Of a DNA stretch of 35,773 nt, positions 19,162 to 31,176 are shown piece by piece. This DNA is from Octopus sinensis (taxonomy: Eukaryota). The notes below the pieces were generated by a model. The model did no database searches and was not told the origin of the DNA. It was given only the letters and a program-made list of their open reading frames with translations. Each line of letters opens with the position of its first letter. Position 1 is the stretch's first letter. The position numbers and the translations under genes were made by a program. Location of the stretch: NCBI RefSeq assembly GCF_006345805.1, contig NW_021835824.1:1-35773 (forward strand). Direction: 5' to 3'.

Positions 19162-21249
19162 CAGTGGTTTTCAACAAGGGTTCCGCGGAACCTTAGGGTT
19201 CCGCCAGTACAGTCCAGGGGTTCCGCAAGAAGTTACAAAAATGCTAAAATCGACAGTAATTTTTAATTTTCCTGTGCAGATATGTGTGCATAAGACTATT
19301 AAATTATTGCACAGGGGTTCCTCGAGCCAGTGGAATGTTTCCTTGGGGGTTCCGCTCCAGCAAAAATATTGAAAAGCACTGGTCTAACTAGTGTCTAACT
19401 CAGTGGTTTTCAACCAGGGTTCCGCCAGTACAGTCCAGGGGTTCCGCAAGAAGTTACAAAAATGCTAAAATCGACAGTAATTTTTAATTCTCCTGTGCAG
19501 ATATGTGTGCATATAAGACAATTAAATTATTGCACAGGGGTTCCTCGAACCAGTGGAATGTTTCCTTGGGGTTCCGCTCCAGCAAAAATATTGAAAAGCA
19601 CTGATCTAACTAGTGTCTATCTAACTCAGTGGTTTTCAACCAGAGTTCCGCCAGTACAGTCCAGGGGTTCCGCAAGAAGTTACAAAACTGCTAAAATCGG
19701 CAGTAATTTTTAATTCTCCTGTGCAAATATGTGTGCATAAGACAATTAAATTATTGCACAGGGATTCCTCGAGCCAGTGGAATGTTTCCTTGGGGTTCCA
19801 CTCCAGCAAAAAGGTTGAAAAGCACTGGTCTAACTAGTGTCTAACTGACTGTGTCTAGCTCAGTGGTTTTCAACCAGGGTTCCATGGAACCTTAGGGTTC
19901 CGCCAGTACAGTCCAGGGGTTCCGCAAGAAGTTACAAAAATGCTAAAATCGACAGTAATTTTTAATTTTCCTGTGCAGATATGTGTGCATAAGACTATTA
20001 AATTATTGCACAGGGGTTCCTCGAGCCAGTGGAATGTTTCCTTGGGGGTTCCGCTCCAGCAAAAATATTGAAAAGCACTGGTCTAACTAGTGTCTAACTC
20101 AGTGGTTTTCAACCAGGGTTCCGCCAGTACAGTCCAGGGGTTCCGCAAGAAGTTACAAAAATGCTAAAATCGACAGTAATTTTTAATTCACCAGTGCAGA
20201 TGTGTGTGTATAAGACTATTAAATTTTTGCACAGGGGTTCCTCGAGCCAGTGGAATGTTTCCTTGGGGTTCCGCTCCAGCAAAAAGATTGAAAAGCACTG
20301 GTCTAACTAGTGTCTAACTGATTGTGTCTAACTCAGTGGTTTTCAACCAAGGTTCTGCCAGTACAGTCCAGGGGTTCCGCAAGAAGTTACAAAACTGCTA
20401 AAATCGGCAGTAATTTTTAATTCACCAGTGCAGATGTGTGTGTATAAGACTATTAAATTTTTGCACAGGGGTTCCTCGAGCCAGTGGAATGTTTCCTTGG
20501 GGTTCCGCTCCAGCAAAAATATTGAAAAGCACTGGTCTAACTAGTGTCTATCTAACTCAGTGGTTTTCAACCAGAGTTCCGCCAGTACAGTCCAGGGGTT
20601 CCGCAAGAAGTTACAAAAACGCTAAAATCGACAGTAATTTTTAATTCTCCTGTCGAGATATGTGTGCATATAAGACAATTAAATTATTGCACAGGGGTTC
20701 CTCGAGCCAGTGGAATGTTTCCTTGGGGTTCCACTCCAGCAAAAAGGTTGAAAAGCACTGGTCTAACTAGTGTCTAACTGACTGTGTTTAGCTCAGTGGT
20801 TTTCAACCAGGGTTCCGTGGAACCTTAGGGTTCCGCCAGTACAGTCCAGTGGTTCCGCAAGAAGTTACAAAAATGCTAAAATCGACAGTAATTTTTAATT
20901 CTCCTGTGCAGATATGTGTGCATATAAGACAATTAAATTATTGCACAGGGGTTCCTCGAGCCAGTGGAATGTTTCCTTGGGGTTCCGCCCCAGCAAAAAG
21001 ATTGAAAAGCACTGGTCTAACTAGTGTCTAACTGATTGTGTCTAACTCAGTGGTTTTCAACCAGGGTTCTGCCAGTACAGTCCAGGGGTTCCGCAAGAAG
21101 TTACAAAACTGCTAAAATCGGCAGTAATTTTTAATTCACCAGTGCAGATGTGTGTGTATAAGACTATTAAATTTTTGCACAGGGGGTTCCTCGAGCCAGT
21201 GGAATGTTTCCTTGGGGTTCAGCTCCAGCAAAAAGGTTGAAAAGCACTG
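19162..21249. mobile_element. Tandem array of nine hAT/Charlie-type MITE units (~200-220 bp each)
   Basis: Each unit has TIRs cagtggttttcaacc / (gg)ttgaaaagcactg. Unit starts are 19162, 19401, 19627, 19861, 20100, 20334, 20558, 20794 and 21048. The 8-bp TSD ctttagat is at 19154-19161 and 21250-21257. Confidence 0.9.
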
Positions 21250-21252
21250 CTT

Positions 21253-21560
21253 TAGATAATCTATCCTAAAGTCTCAGCTAGTATTTCGTGAAGTTATCAT
21301 TCGCTTTGAACTTAATTATATACATTCAGCTGTCCGGTATTTTCTCCCAATATTCGATATATATCGGGAATGAAGTGATCTATTTCTAATGTTTCTTTCC
21401 GCTGCGATCAATCACCGCTACAGATCGAACTGTTGATAAGTGGCAATCACATCACAATAAAACAGAACAGCCGATATCCAAATGGTTGGATTTTCAGTCT
21501 CAGCTAATTGCTCTTTAGCTAATTAGTCCATCGCAAATAGCACCAGGTCGCTATTGTGTC
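21253..21560. repeat. Unclassified repeat family G, uninterrupted copy
   Basis: Collinear with 13049-13770. Confidence 0.8.
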
Positions 21561-21727
21561 TATTGATTCGTTTGTTAACTGTTATCTGGTGTAATTGTTT
21601 AGTTGTGTCGATGGTGAAGTTCTGTTTGAATTTTATCGTTAACTGTGTTTTCAGTTGTTTATAATCATGGATCTGTTCTGTCTGTTCGGAATTGGGTCGT
21701 TTAACCGCAGCATATTTATCTTGATAC

Positions 21728-22477
21728 TTATTTCTTTATTGCCCACAAGGGGCTAAACACAGAGGGGACAAACATGGACAGACATAGGTATTAAGTCGAT
21801 TACATCGACCCCAGTGCGTAACTGGTACTTAATTTATCGACCCCGAAAGGATGAAAGGCAAAGTCAACCTCGGCGGAATTTGAACTCACAACGTAACGGC
21901 AGACGAAATATCTATTTCTTTATTACCCACAAGGGGCTAAACACAGAGGGGACAAACAAGGACAGACATAGGTATTAAGTCGATTACATCGACCCCAGTG
22001 CGTAACTGGTACTTAATTTATCGACCCCAAAAGGACGAAAGGCAAAGTCGACCTCGGCGGAATTTGAACTCACAACGTAACGCAGACGAAATACCGCTAA
22101 GCATTTCGCCCGGCGTGCTAACGTTTCTGCAAGCTCGCCGCCTTTAATACCTATTTCTTTATTACCTACAAGGGGCTAAACATAGAGGGGACAAACAAGG
22201 ACAGACATAGGTATTAAGTCGATTACATCGACCCCAGTGCGTAACTGGTACTTTATTTATCGACCCCGAAAGGATGAAAGGCAAAATCGACCTCGGCGGA
22301 ATTTGAACTCACAACGTAGCGGCAGACGAAATACCTATTTCTTTATTACCCACAAGGGGCTAAACATAGGTGGGACAAACAAGGACAGACATGGGTATTA
22401 AGTCGATTACATCGACCCCAGTGCGTAACTGGTACTTAATTTATCGACCCCGAAAGGATGAACAGCAAAGTCGACCT
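21728..22477 (-). mobile_element. SINE-B head-to-tail multimer (four units, one with a head)
   Basis: Tail-to-internal junctions near 21910 and 22335, and a tail-to-head junction near 22145. Confidence 0.9.
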
Positions 22478-22664
22478 TAAAGGATGCAGTGTCATGGCAG
22501 TCAACAACTGACGCAGGCAGTTTATTCCATGCTTCAGCAACTCTGAGCGTGAAGAAATGTTTCCGAAAGTCATGGGAGCTGTGCTGTTTTCTGACTTTGT
22601 AGGCATGTCCACGTGTGTTAGACACATGGAGATCAAAAAGTAGTTGAGATATTTTAGATCGCAA
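22476..22664 (-). mobile_element. CR1/L2-type LINE ORF2 C-terminal fragment
   Basis: NTRGHAYKVRKQHSSHDFRKHFFTLRVAEAWNKLPASVVDCHDTASFK matches the TRGH..FF..RV..WN.LP..VV...FK signature. Confidence 0.85.
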
Positions 22665-22824
22665 TCACTCTTCATCCTTTTCATTTAACCAATCGAGATA
22701 TATTCCTGAGCTTTTTCATAGCATTAAGAGAGGTCTGGGATTCAAAGGTCCACTGAAATTTCTCTCGATAGTTTCACGACCCTACGATAGCTGACCTCAG
22801 TCTCTAGCCATGGTGTATATAATA

Positions 22825-23479
22825 GTGGAGGCGCAATGGCCCAGTGGTTAGGGCAGCGGACTCGCGGTCATAGGATCGCGGTTTCGATTCCCAGACCGGG
22901 CGTTGTGAGTGTTTATTGAGTGAAACACCTAAAAGCTCCACGAGGCTCCGGCAGGGGATGGTGGTGATCCCTGCTGTACTCTTTCACCACAACTTTCTCT
23001 CACTCTTACTTCCTGTTTCTGTTGTACCTGTATTTCAAAGGGGCCGGCCTTGTCACTCTCTGTGTCACGCTGAATATCCCCGAGAACTGCGTTAAGGGTA
23101 CACGTGTCTGTGGAGTGCTCAGCCACTTACACGTTTATTTCACGAGCAGGCTGTTCCGTTGATTCGGATCAACCGGAACCCTCGTCGTCGTAACCAACTG
23201 AGTGCTTACATCCGAGGCTCTGGCAGGGGATGGTGGTGATCCCTGCTGTACTCTTTCACCACAACTTTCTCTCACTCTTACTTCCTGTTTCTCTTGTACC
23301 TGTATTTCAAAAGGGCCGGCCTTGTCACTTTCTGTGTCACGCTGAATATCCCCGAGAACTACGTTAAGGGTGCACGTGTCTGTGGAGTGCTCAGCCACTT
23401 ACACGTTAATTTCACGAGCAGGCTGTTCCGTTGATTCGGATCAACCGGAACCCTCGTCGTCGTAACCGACGGAGTGCTT
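22825..23479 (+). mobile_element. SINE-C dimer (full copy plus headless copy)
   Basis: Junction aaccaactgagtgcttacatc|cgaggctc at ~23195-23220. Confidence 0.9.
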
Positions 23480-23650
23480 TTCATAGAATAGTAATCCAGT
23501 TGATGTTCAGTTTTCTCCATTTGATTACTGCTCTGATCTTCCGTTATAAAAGGACTTCTTCGCATTTATCTGAAATTAACCAACTTTTTACCACGCTTGT
23601 TTCAGCATCAACGATTCTCGAGGAGATGTGACTGACTTCGACATCGTAAC

Positions 23651-23689
23651 ATGTATGTATGCATGTATGTATGTATGTATGTATGTATG

Positions 23690-23723
<34 letters not shown>

Positions 23724-23797
23724 TGTATGTATTTATGTATGTATGTATGTATGTATGTATGTGTGCGTGTATGTATGTGTGTATGTATGTTGGTATG

Positions 23798-23831
<34 letters not shown>

Positions 23832-23955
23832 TGTATGTATATATGTATGTATGCATGCATGCATGCATGCATGTATGTATGTATGTATGTATGTCTGTCT
23901 ATGTATGTATGTATGTATGTATGTGTGTATGTATGTATGTATGAATGTATGTATG

Positions 23956-23989
<34 letters not shown>

Positions 23990-24027
23990 TGTGTGCGTGT
24001 ATGTATGTGTGTATGTATGTTGGTATG

Positions 24028-24061
<34 letters not shown>

Positions 24062-24256
24062 TGTATATATGTATGTATGTATGTATGTATATATGTATGT
24101 ATGCATACATGCATGCATGCATGTATGTATGTATGTATGTATGTATGTATGTATGTATGTATGTATGTGTGTATGGTTGTATGTATGTTTGTATGTATGT
24201 TTGTATGTATGTATGTATGTATGTATGCATGCGTGTATGCATGCATGCATGTATGT
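23651..24256. repeat. (TATG)n microsatellite
   Basis: Seen directly. Confidence 0.97.
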
Positions 24257-24534
24257 TGGGATTGATGGATTGATGGATATTTTTCTTTGTGTTTTATTTA
24301 GGCTCTTAATAAAATTCGAATCGGTTACTAACAAAACGACAAGACTTTTGAGCTCCCACTGTTTGTATGTATGTGGTTCAGTTGATGGGTTGGTTGGGCT
24401 GTCGATGCATACACCCAAGAGTGTGCATCTGTTCAGAGAAGAATCTCAGATGGAAACTTTTTAGAATGTGTTACAGATCTTTATTGTGCCGCTAATAGAT
24501 TGAAGTTTCATGAATCCGTTCCTTTTCAACCTTC

Positions 24535-24535
<1 letters not shown>

Positions 24536-24584
<49 letters not shown>

Positions 24585-24689
24585 CACACTCACACACACA
24601 TACACACACACACGCACACACACGCGCACACGCACACACACACACACACACACACGCGCGCACGCACACGCACGCACACACACACACAT
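24536..24689. repeat. (CA)n microsatellite
   Basis: Seen directly. Confidence 0.97.
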
Positions 24690-25007
24690 TTTGATGACAT
24701 CTTAAAAGCTTTGGGAGAAGGCTCCAACACTGACGCCATATACCTTGATTTCAGCAAGGCATTTGACAGATCGGACAACAAAATCCTGCTGCAGAAACTG
24801 TCCAAGATTGGAGTCTGTGGAAAGCTATTGCAGTGGGTAAAGTGTTTCCTGACGAACAGCGCTCAACATGTGTTTGAGGGAATCCAGCTCAGCCAAAGTC
24901 AGTAGTGGTGCTCCACAAGGTACTGTGTTGGGCCCACTCCTCTTCATTATCTACCTCAATGACATAGTAGACGTCATCTAACATTCTACACTGAAAATCT
25001 TTGCAGA

Positions 25008-25420
25008 TGGCCGTGTGGTAAGTAGCTTGCTAACCAACCACATGGTTCCGGGTTCAGTCCCACTGCGTGGCATCTTGGGCAAGTCTTCTATTATAGCCCC
25101 GGGCCGACCAATGCCTTGTGAGTGGATTTGGTAGACGGAAACTGAAAGAAGCCTGTCGTATATATGTATATATATATATGTGTATGTGTTTGTGTGTCTG
25201 TGTTTGTCCCCCTAGCATTGCTTGACAACCGATGCTGGTGTGTTTGCGTCCCCGTCACTTAGCGGTTCAGCAAAAAAAGAGACCGATAGAATAAGTACTG
25301 GGCTTACAAAAGAATAAGCCCCGGGATCGAGTTGCTCGATTAAAGGCGGTGCTCCAGCATGGCCACGGTCAAATGACTGAAACAAGTAAAGAGTAAAGAG
25401 TAAAGAGTAAAGAGTAAGAG
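25008..25420 (+). mobile_element. SINE-A nested in the LINE RT domain
   Basis: Splits tttgcagatg|attccagtc (FAD|D). Confidence 0.9.
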
Positions 25421-25455
25421 TATGATTCCAGTCTCCAGAAAGCCATAAACGGTAT

Positions 25456-25968
25456 GGGAGACCGGAAGACAAGTTTAATGTGATCCACCCTAGAAAAGAG
25501 GGTACCCTGTAACTATCATATACTCTCCCTTCGGTCGACTCCCTAGTGTCATCCAACAATACCAGAGACCTTAGAGTAATTGTTGATAACAATCTAAGCT
25601 GGAGTTCCCACGTAAACAGCAAGGTTGGGAGACCAGAAGATAAGTTTAATGGGATCCACTCTAGAAAAGAGGGTACTCTGTAACTATCATATACTCTCCC
25701 CTCGGTCGACTCCCTAGTGTCATCCAACAACACCAGAGACCTTAGAGTAATTGTTGATAACAATCTAAGCTGGAGTTCCCACGTAAACAGCAAGGTTGGG
25801 AGACCAGAAGATAAGTTTAATGGGATCCACTCTAGAAAAGAGGGTACTCTGTAACTATCATATACTCTCCCCTCGGTCGACTCCCTAGTGTCATCCAACA
25901 ACACCAGAGACCTTAGAGTAATTGTTGATAACAATCTAAGCTGGAGTTCCCACGTAAACAGCAAGGTT
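25456..25968 (+). repeat. Three tandem 171-bp units inside the LINE
   Basis: Units at 25456-25626, 25627-25797 and 25798-25968. Confidence 0.95.
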
Positions 25969-26375
25969 GACTTGGCCCGCAAAATGTGTTCTTGGATTCT
26001 GAGAACTTTCCGGTCTAGAGATGCCCACACGATCATCCTTCTCTACTCTACTTTTGTCCGACCCCACCTTGAATACTGTTGCTCACCGTGGTCTCCCCAT
26101 ACGAAGCAACTCATTAATGAAAGTGGAAGCACTCCAGAAAGATAGACGGGAGGACAGGCATTGACTATCGGGGTTGACTAAAATCACTCAATCTCTACAT
26201 CATTTGTGTGACGTGGATAATATTCCATCAATACTTCACAAATGATGTTGTCATCAATTTTAAAATCCACCCATGACTTGACCCACGTGCTACTCGCCCA
26301 CTTCAAATATCGAACCCAGGACACATAACAACGCTACGTCACAATTACCTTATGTCAACCAGTCCAGCTCTCTTT

Positions 26376-26614
26376 AATACCTATTTCTTTATTACCCACA
26401 AGGGGCTAAACGTAGAGGGGACAAACAAGGACAGACATAGGTATTAAGTCGATTACATCGACCCCAGTGCGTAACTGGTACTTAATTTATCGACCCCGAA
26501 AGGATGAAAGGTAAAGTCGACCTCGGCGGAATTTGAACTCAGAATGTAACGACAGACGAAATACCGCTAGGCATTTCGCCCGGCGTGCTAACGTTTCTGC
26601 CAGCTCTCCGCCTT
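26376..26614 (-). mobile_element. SINE-B, full length, nested in the LINE 3' region
   Basis: The empty site ctctctttaataccataccaaaa is visible in the paralogue at ~28988-29010. Confidence 0.92.
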
Positions 26615-27010
26615 TATACTATACCAAAATACGTCAAAACGGAAACGGATCCCACAAGATACAAAAGTTTATTGGATAAATTTCTTTAAAAATGCTGGAC
26701 AAACCTCCTACAACCGGATATGTCTCCAACAATAATAACTCTTGGCTAGAGGAGGCCATGGTGCCCCATATGTGACTAAAAGACTTCACCAGGTGGTGCT
26801 ATTGAGTCAGACATGGCCTGGGCCTATACTGGCCGAAACCTGTCAAAGTTATACCAACGTTATATATGTATGTATGTATGTATGCATTTATGTATGTATG
26901 TATGTATGTATGTATGTATGTATGTATGTATGTATGTATGCATTTATGTATGTATGTATATATATATATGCATATATGTATATATGTACATATATTTATA
27001 TGTATATATG

Positions 27011-27150
27011 TTCTCGGAATCCAGGAACACATTTTGCAGGCCAAGTCAACCTTGCTGCTTACGTGGGAACTCCAGCTTAGATTGTTATCAACAATTACTC
27101 TAAGGTTTCTGGTGTTGTTGGATGACACTAGGGAGTCGACCGAGGGGAGA

Positions 27151-27156
<6 letters not shown>
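27011..27156 (-). mobile_element. Inverted copy of LINE segment 25861-26006
   Basis: Reverse-complement match, flanked by (TA)-rich microsatellites. Confidence 0.9.
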
Positions 27157-27201
<45 letters not shown>

Positions 27202-27288
27202 GTGAAATAGAAAGATGAATAATCTTGTTGTAGATTAATCAAAAGTTAACCGATACCTTAGTAGCAAAAAAATCACAGCAGTAAGTAA

Positions 27289-27323
<35 letters not shown>

Positions 27324-27407
27324 GATATAATATATATATATATAATATATAATATATATATATATATATATAATATATATATATATGTATATATATATGT
27401 GTATATA

Positions 27408-27440
<33 letters not shown>

Positions 27441-27681
27441 AATACGCACACACACATCTACATATGTGTGTATATGTCTGCATGCATGCAATTATGTATG
27501 TATATGTATGTATATGTATGTATGCATGTATGTATGTATGTATTATGTATGTATGTATGTATGTATGTGTGTATGTAGGTATGTGTGTGTGAGTGTATGC
27601 ATATTTGCATTATACATACATGCACTCATACATATGTATGACCACAGCGTTAAAGCTGAAACGCTTTAAAGATACACACAC

Positions 27682-27722
<41 letters not shown>

Positions 27723-27944
27723 GCACACACACACACACACGCACACACATGCACATGCCTCGGTCTTCTCTATCTCTTGTGGGTCCAGCAATTAATGAGA
27801 AACTAGAATCTTCCATTAACGTTTGACACTTCTCAACACGTCACGTGGGAACTACGTAAGCATCTGTAGTTGCTGTGTGATTAACAGCCGACACTCGACG
27901 CCGTACGGCCAGCTGCCGTGTAATCATGCGGCTTTGCACACAGC

Positions 27945-28625
27945 TGAACACCACCGCCGCCGCCGCCGCCTCCACCAGCACCACCACCAGCACTACCATC
28001 ACCAACACCACCGATACCACTACCAGCAGCAGCACCACCACCAACAGTAGCAGCTGCAGCCGCAGCACCACCGCTACCACCCCACCACCACCACCACCAC
28101 CACCACCACCACCACCACCACCACCACCACCGCTACCACCACCGCCACCACCACCACCACCACCACCACCACCGCTACCACCACCATCACCACCATCACC
28201 ACCAACAGCAGCACCACTACATCGCCACTATCACTATCACTATCACCACTGCCACCACCACCACCACCACCGCCACAGCCACCGCCACCACCGCCGCCAT
28301 CGCCACTATCACCGCCACCACAGCCACCACCACCACCACCACCACCACCAAGAACAACAACAACACCACCACCACCCACCACCAACCGCCACCCTCACCA
28401 CCACCACCAACAAAAACAACACCACCGCCACCACCACCAACAACAGCAACACCACCACCAACCACCACCACCACTATCACCACCACCAACCGCCACCACC
28501 ACCACCACCACCAACAACAACAACACCTTCGCCACCACCACCAACAACAGCAACACCACCACCAACCTCCAACCACCACCACCACCACCATCACTACCAC
28601 CACCACCAACAACAACACCACCACT
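27945..28625. repeat. (CAC/CAA/CCG)n low-complexity trinucleotide tract
   Basis: Seen directly. Confidence 0.95.
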
Positions 28626-28860
28626 TCGTCTCACACCATTACCATTTGGCCTCTCTGTTGCACGCACACAAACCCCCGTCCTCCACCCACACAGAAAATA
28701 CACCTGTAATAGATTGATAGTAATCTCCCAGGTAATGTACAGCATGCAGCTGAAAGTAAGAAAGTACTGAATGCCGTGTGGTAGACTGGAATATCATTTA
28801 TAATATTAGTCTCCTAAGCAGCGGGAACAGGGAACTCCGAGTGGTTGGTGTCAGCTCTAA

Positions 28861-29081
28861 ATATGATGTTGTCATCAATTTAAAATCTATCCATGACTTG
28901 GCCCACGTGCTACTCGCCCACTTCAAATATCAAACTCAGGACACATAACAACGCTACGTCACAACTACCTTACAACAACCAGTCCAGCTCTCTTTAATAC
29001 CATACCAAAATACGTCAAAACGGAAACGGATCCCATAAGATACAAAAGTTCATTGGATAAATTTCTTCAAAAATGCTGGAC
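28861..29081 (+). mobile_element. Second fragment of the CR1-type LINE 3' region
   Basis: Collinear with 26240-26700 once the SINE-B insertion is removed. Confidence 0.85.
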
Positions 29082-29100
29082 ATTGTGTGTATAGATAAAC

Positions 29101-29765
29101 TCCAATTTCTGCAGTAATGGCTGAAGGGTCAGAACGTACAGGAGGGAGGAGAGAGGGTGTCCTTGGGCCGAGCGCATAATGTTGAACGGTTTTGATAGAT
29201 GACCGTTCAACCGAATTACCGACCGCATGTTACTGTATAGAGCAATGATCCATCACGGAAAGTTGGGTCAAAACCGGCCGCCTCGAGGACAGCCGCCGGG
29301 TTCCGATGGTCTATCCTATCAAAAGCTTTTAGATGATCCAAACTAATCAGAACCCCTCCCATTCCAGGATTCTTTACCCCTCTATCTATGGTGCAGCGCA
29401 TGAGGTGGAGGTTGTCGAGGATGGTCCTGTTTGAGATGGCGCAGGTTTGCGCATCCCCAACCAGTTTATCGACAAGAGCCAATCTCTTAACTAGCAACTT
29501 GGCCAAAATTTTCAACTCTGCATTTAGCAGAATGATGGGCCTGAAATTATCATACCCATCCTCCTTGTTTGGGTCCTTCCTTAGCAGCACCACAGCCCCT
29601 CGGCTTACAGAGCTAGGAATGTTCCTATTCTGTTGTCAGAAGGCACTCCTAACAAGTCTGGCATACTATAATAGAAGTCGTAAACCTGGTGATTTGCTCC
29701 ATCGGCCCTACGCAAAGCTCCGCCTCCCTTACTGAGAGTAACGGCAGGTCAACGAGGAAGTCCGA
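29101..29765 (-). pseudogene. Tx1/L1-clade reverse transcriptase fragment
   Basis: LPLLSVREAELCVGP..NFRPIILLNAELKILAKLLVKRL..ISLDHLKAFDRIDH..LEAAGF..LNGHLSKPFNIMRSAQGHPLS..LYVLTLQPLL, frameshifted. Confidence 0.85.
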
Positions 29766-29996
29766 GAAGTCCATCCTAGATATAGACAGTCCATTTTTTT
29801 AGTGGTCAGTCCTCTAAATTTTGTATGTAAAAAAATTTTTAATCTTCGGGTTTTTAAAAAATATGCTAGGCCACTTGTTTTTATTGATTATGATCAATTT
29901 CTACCATTATTTAAACTGATATATATATATATATATATGTATATAGATGGTGTATATATATTATATATATATATATATATATTATCTATCTATCTA

Positions 29997-30073
<77 letters not shown>

Positions 30074-30074
30074 C

Positions 30075-30107
<33 letters not shown>

Positions 30108-30110
30108 GTA

Positions 30111-30448
30111 TCAAGACCCCCTTCAGTCACTAATGACTATGAGATTGCACCTAGAAAGTTCCCTTCCGAAGTAGAATTCGGATAAGGTTGTTTGATGGTT
30201 GACCAGTAGTCGCTCCTGCATACCAGCCTCCTCTCTCCATGTCACTGATGTTATCCAAGGGAACGACAAAGGCCGATACAGCTTGACACCAGTGATGTCG
30301 CAACTCATTTCTACAGATGAGTGAACTGGAGCAGCGGGAACTATTGAGTCTTGTTCAAGAGCACAACACAGAGCCTAGACTGAGAATCGAACTCACTACC
30401 ACATGATTGTGTGTCCGACGCTCTAACCACTGAGCTAGGCGCCTTCAC
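30111..30448 (-). mobile_element. SINE-D, a tRNA-headed CORE-like SINE
   Basis: Minus strand gtgaaggcgcctagctcagtggttagagcgtcgg (A box), gagttcgattctc (B box), then gtgctcttgaacaagac..gctccagttcactcatctgtagaaatgag (CORE-like). Confidence 0.75.
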
Positions 30449-30506
30449 ACACACATGTATGACGTATACATTTATATGTATATACAAACACACATATAAA
30501 TACATA

Positions 30507-30652
30507 GCAGGAGTGGCTGTGTGGTAAGTAGCTTGCTAACCAACCACATGGTTCCAGGTTCAGTCCCACTGCGTGGCATCTTGGGCAAGTGTCTTCCGAC
30601 CAATGCCCTGTGAGTGGATTTTGTAGACGGAAACTGAAAGAAGCCTGTCGTA

Positions 30653-30683
<31 letters not shown>

Positions 30684-30925
30684 TATTGTGTGTGTGTGTG
30701 TGTAAGTGTGTGTGTTTGTCCCCCTAGCATTGCTTGACAACCGATGCTGGTGTGTTTACGTCCCCGTCACTTAGCGGTTCGGCAAAAAGAGACCGATAGA
30801 ATAAGTACTGTGCTTACAAAAGAATAAGTCCCGGGGTTGATTTGCTCGACTAAAGGCAGTGCTCCAGCATGGCCGCAGTCAAATGACTGAAACAAGTAAA
30901 AGAGTAAAAAAAAAAAGAGTAAAGA
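30507..30925 (+). mobile_element. SINE-A with a short internal deletion
   Basis: gtgtcttcc|gaccaatgcc lacks ~15 bp of the consensus. Confidence 0.9.
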
Positions 30926-31176
30926 GTATATATACGTAGATACACAGATGCACAGACACATATACATATCCATGTATGTATGTATGTGTGTCTGTGTATT
31001 TGTGTGCGCATGCGTTATGCTGCGTGTTTGTGTGTACAGTGAATCACAGAAAAATAAACAGTAAACAGAAAATTAAATATTTATGAAATAAGATGAAATA
31101 AGTGGGCGTGCTGATTCAGAAAATTTGTAGCCGTTGTTTTAATAGTGTAAAACGAAACAAATATATAAAAAGAAAA

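Larger units (their letters stand above)
24690..26865 (+). mobile_element. 5'-truncated, decayed CR1-type LINE (RT domain to 3' UTR) with nested SINEs and an internal triplication
   Basis: [34 protein letters not shown]|D, RDLRVIVDNNLSWSSH and LYSTFVRPHLEYCCSPWSP motifs, with frameshifts and stops. Confidence 0.9.

Noticed and set aside
25212-26036. 274-aa minus-strand ORF with internal repeats
   Set aside because: It is antisense to the LINE, and its length comes from the 171-bp triplication plus SINE sequence.
26810-26850. ggcc-tatact-ggcc-GAAAC-ct-GTC, resembling a hammerhead 3' half
   Set aside because: There is no CUGANGA upstream; it lies in the LINE 3' UTR.
27926-28717. 263-aa Pro/His/Thr-rich ORF
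   Set aside because: A (CAC)n-type low-complexity tract that is open in several frames on both strands, with no convincing splice sites.
28704-28749. Possible 46-bp minus-strand micro-exon
   Set aside because: The donor (GTGTAT) is weak, there is a competing upstream AG, and nothing else supports it.
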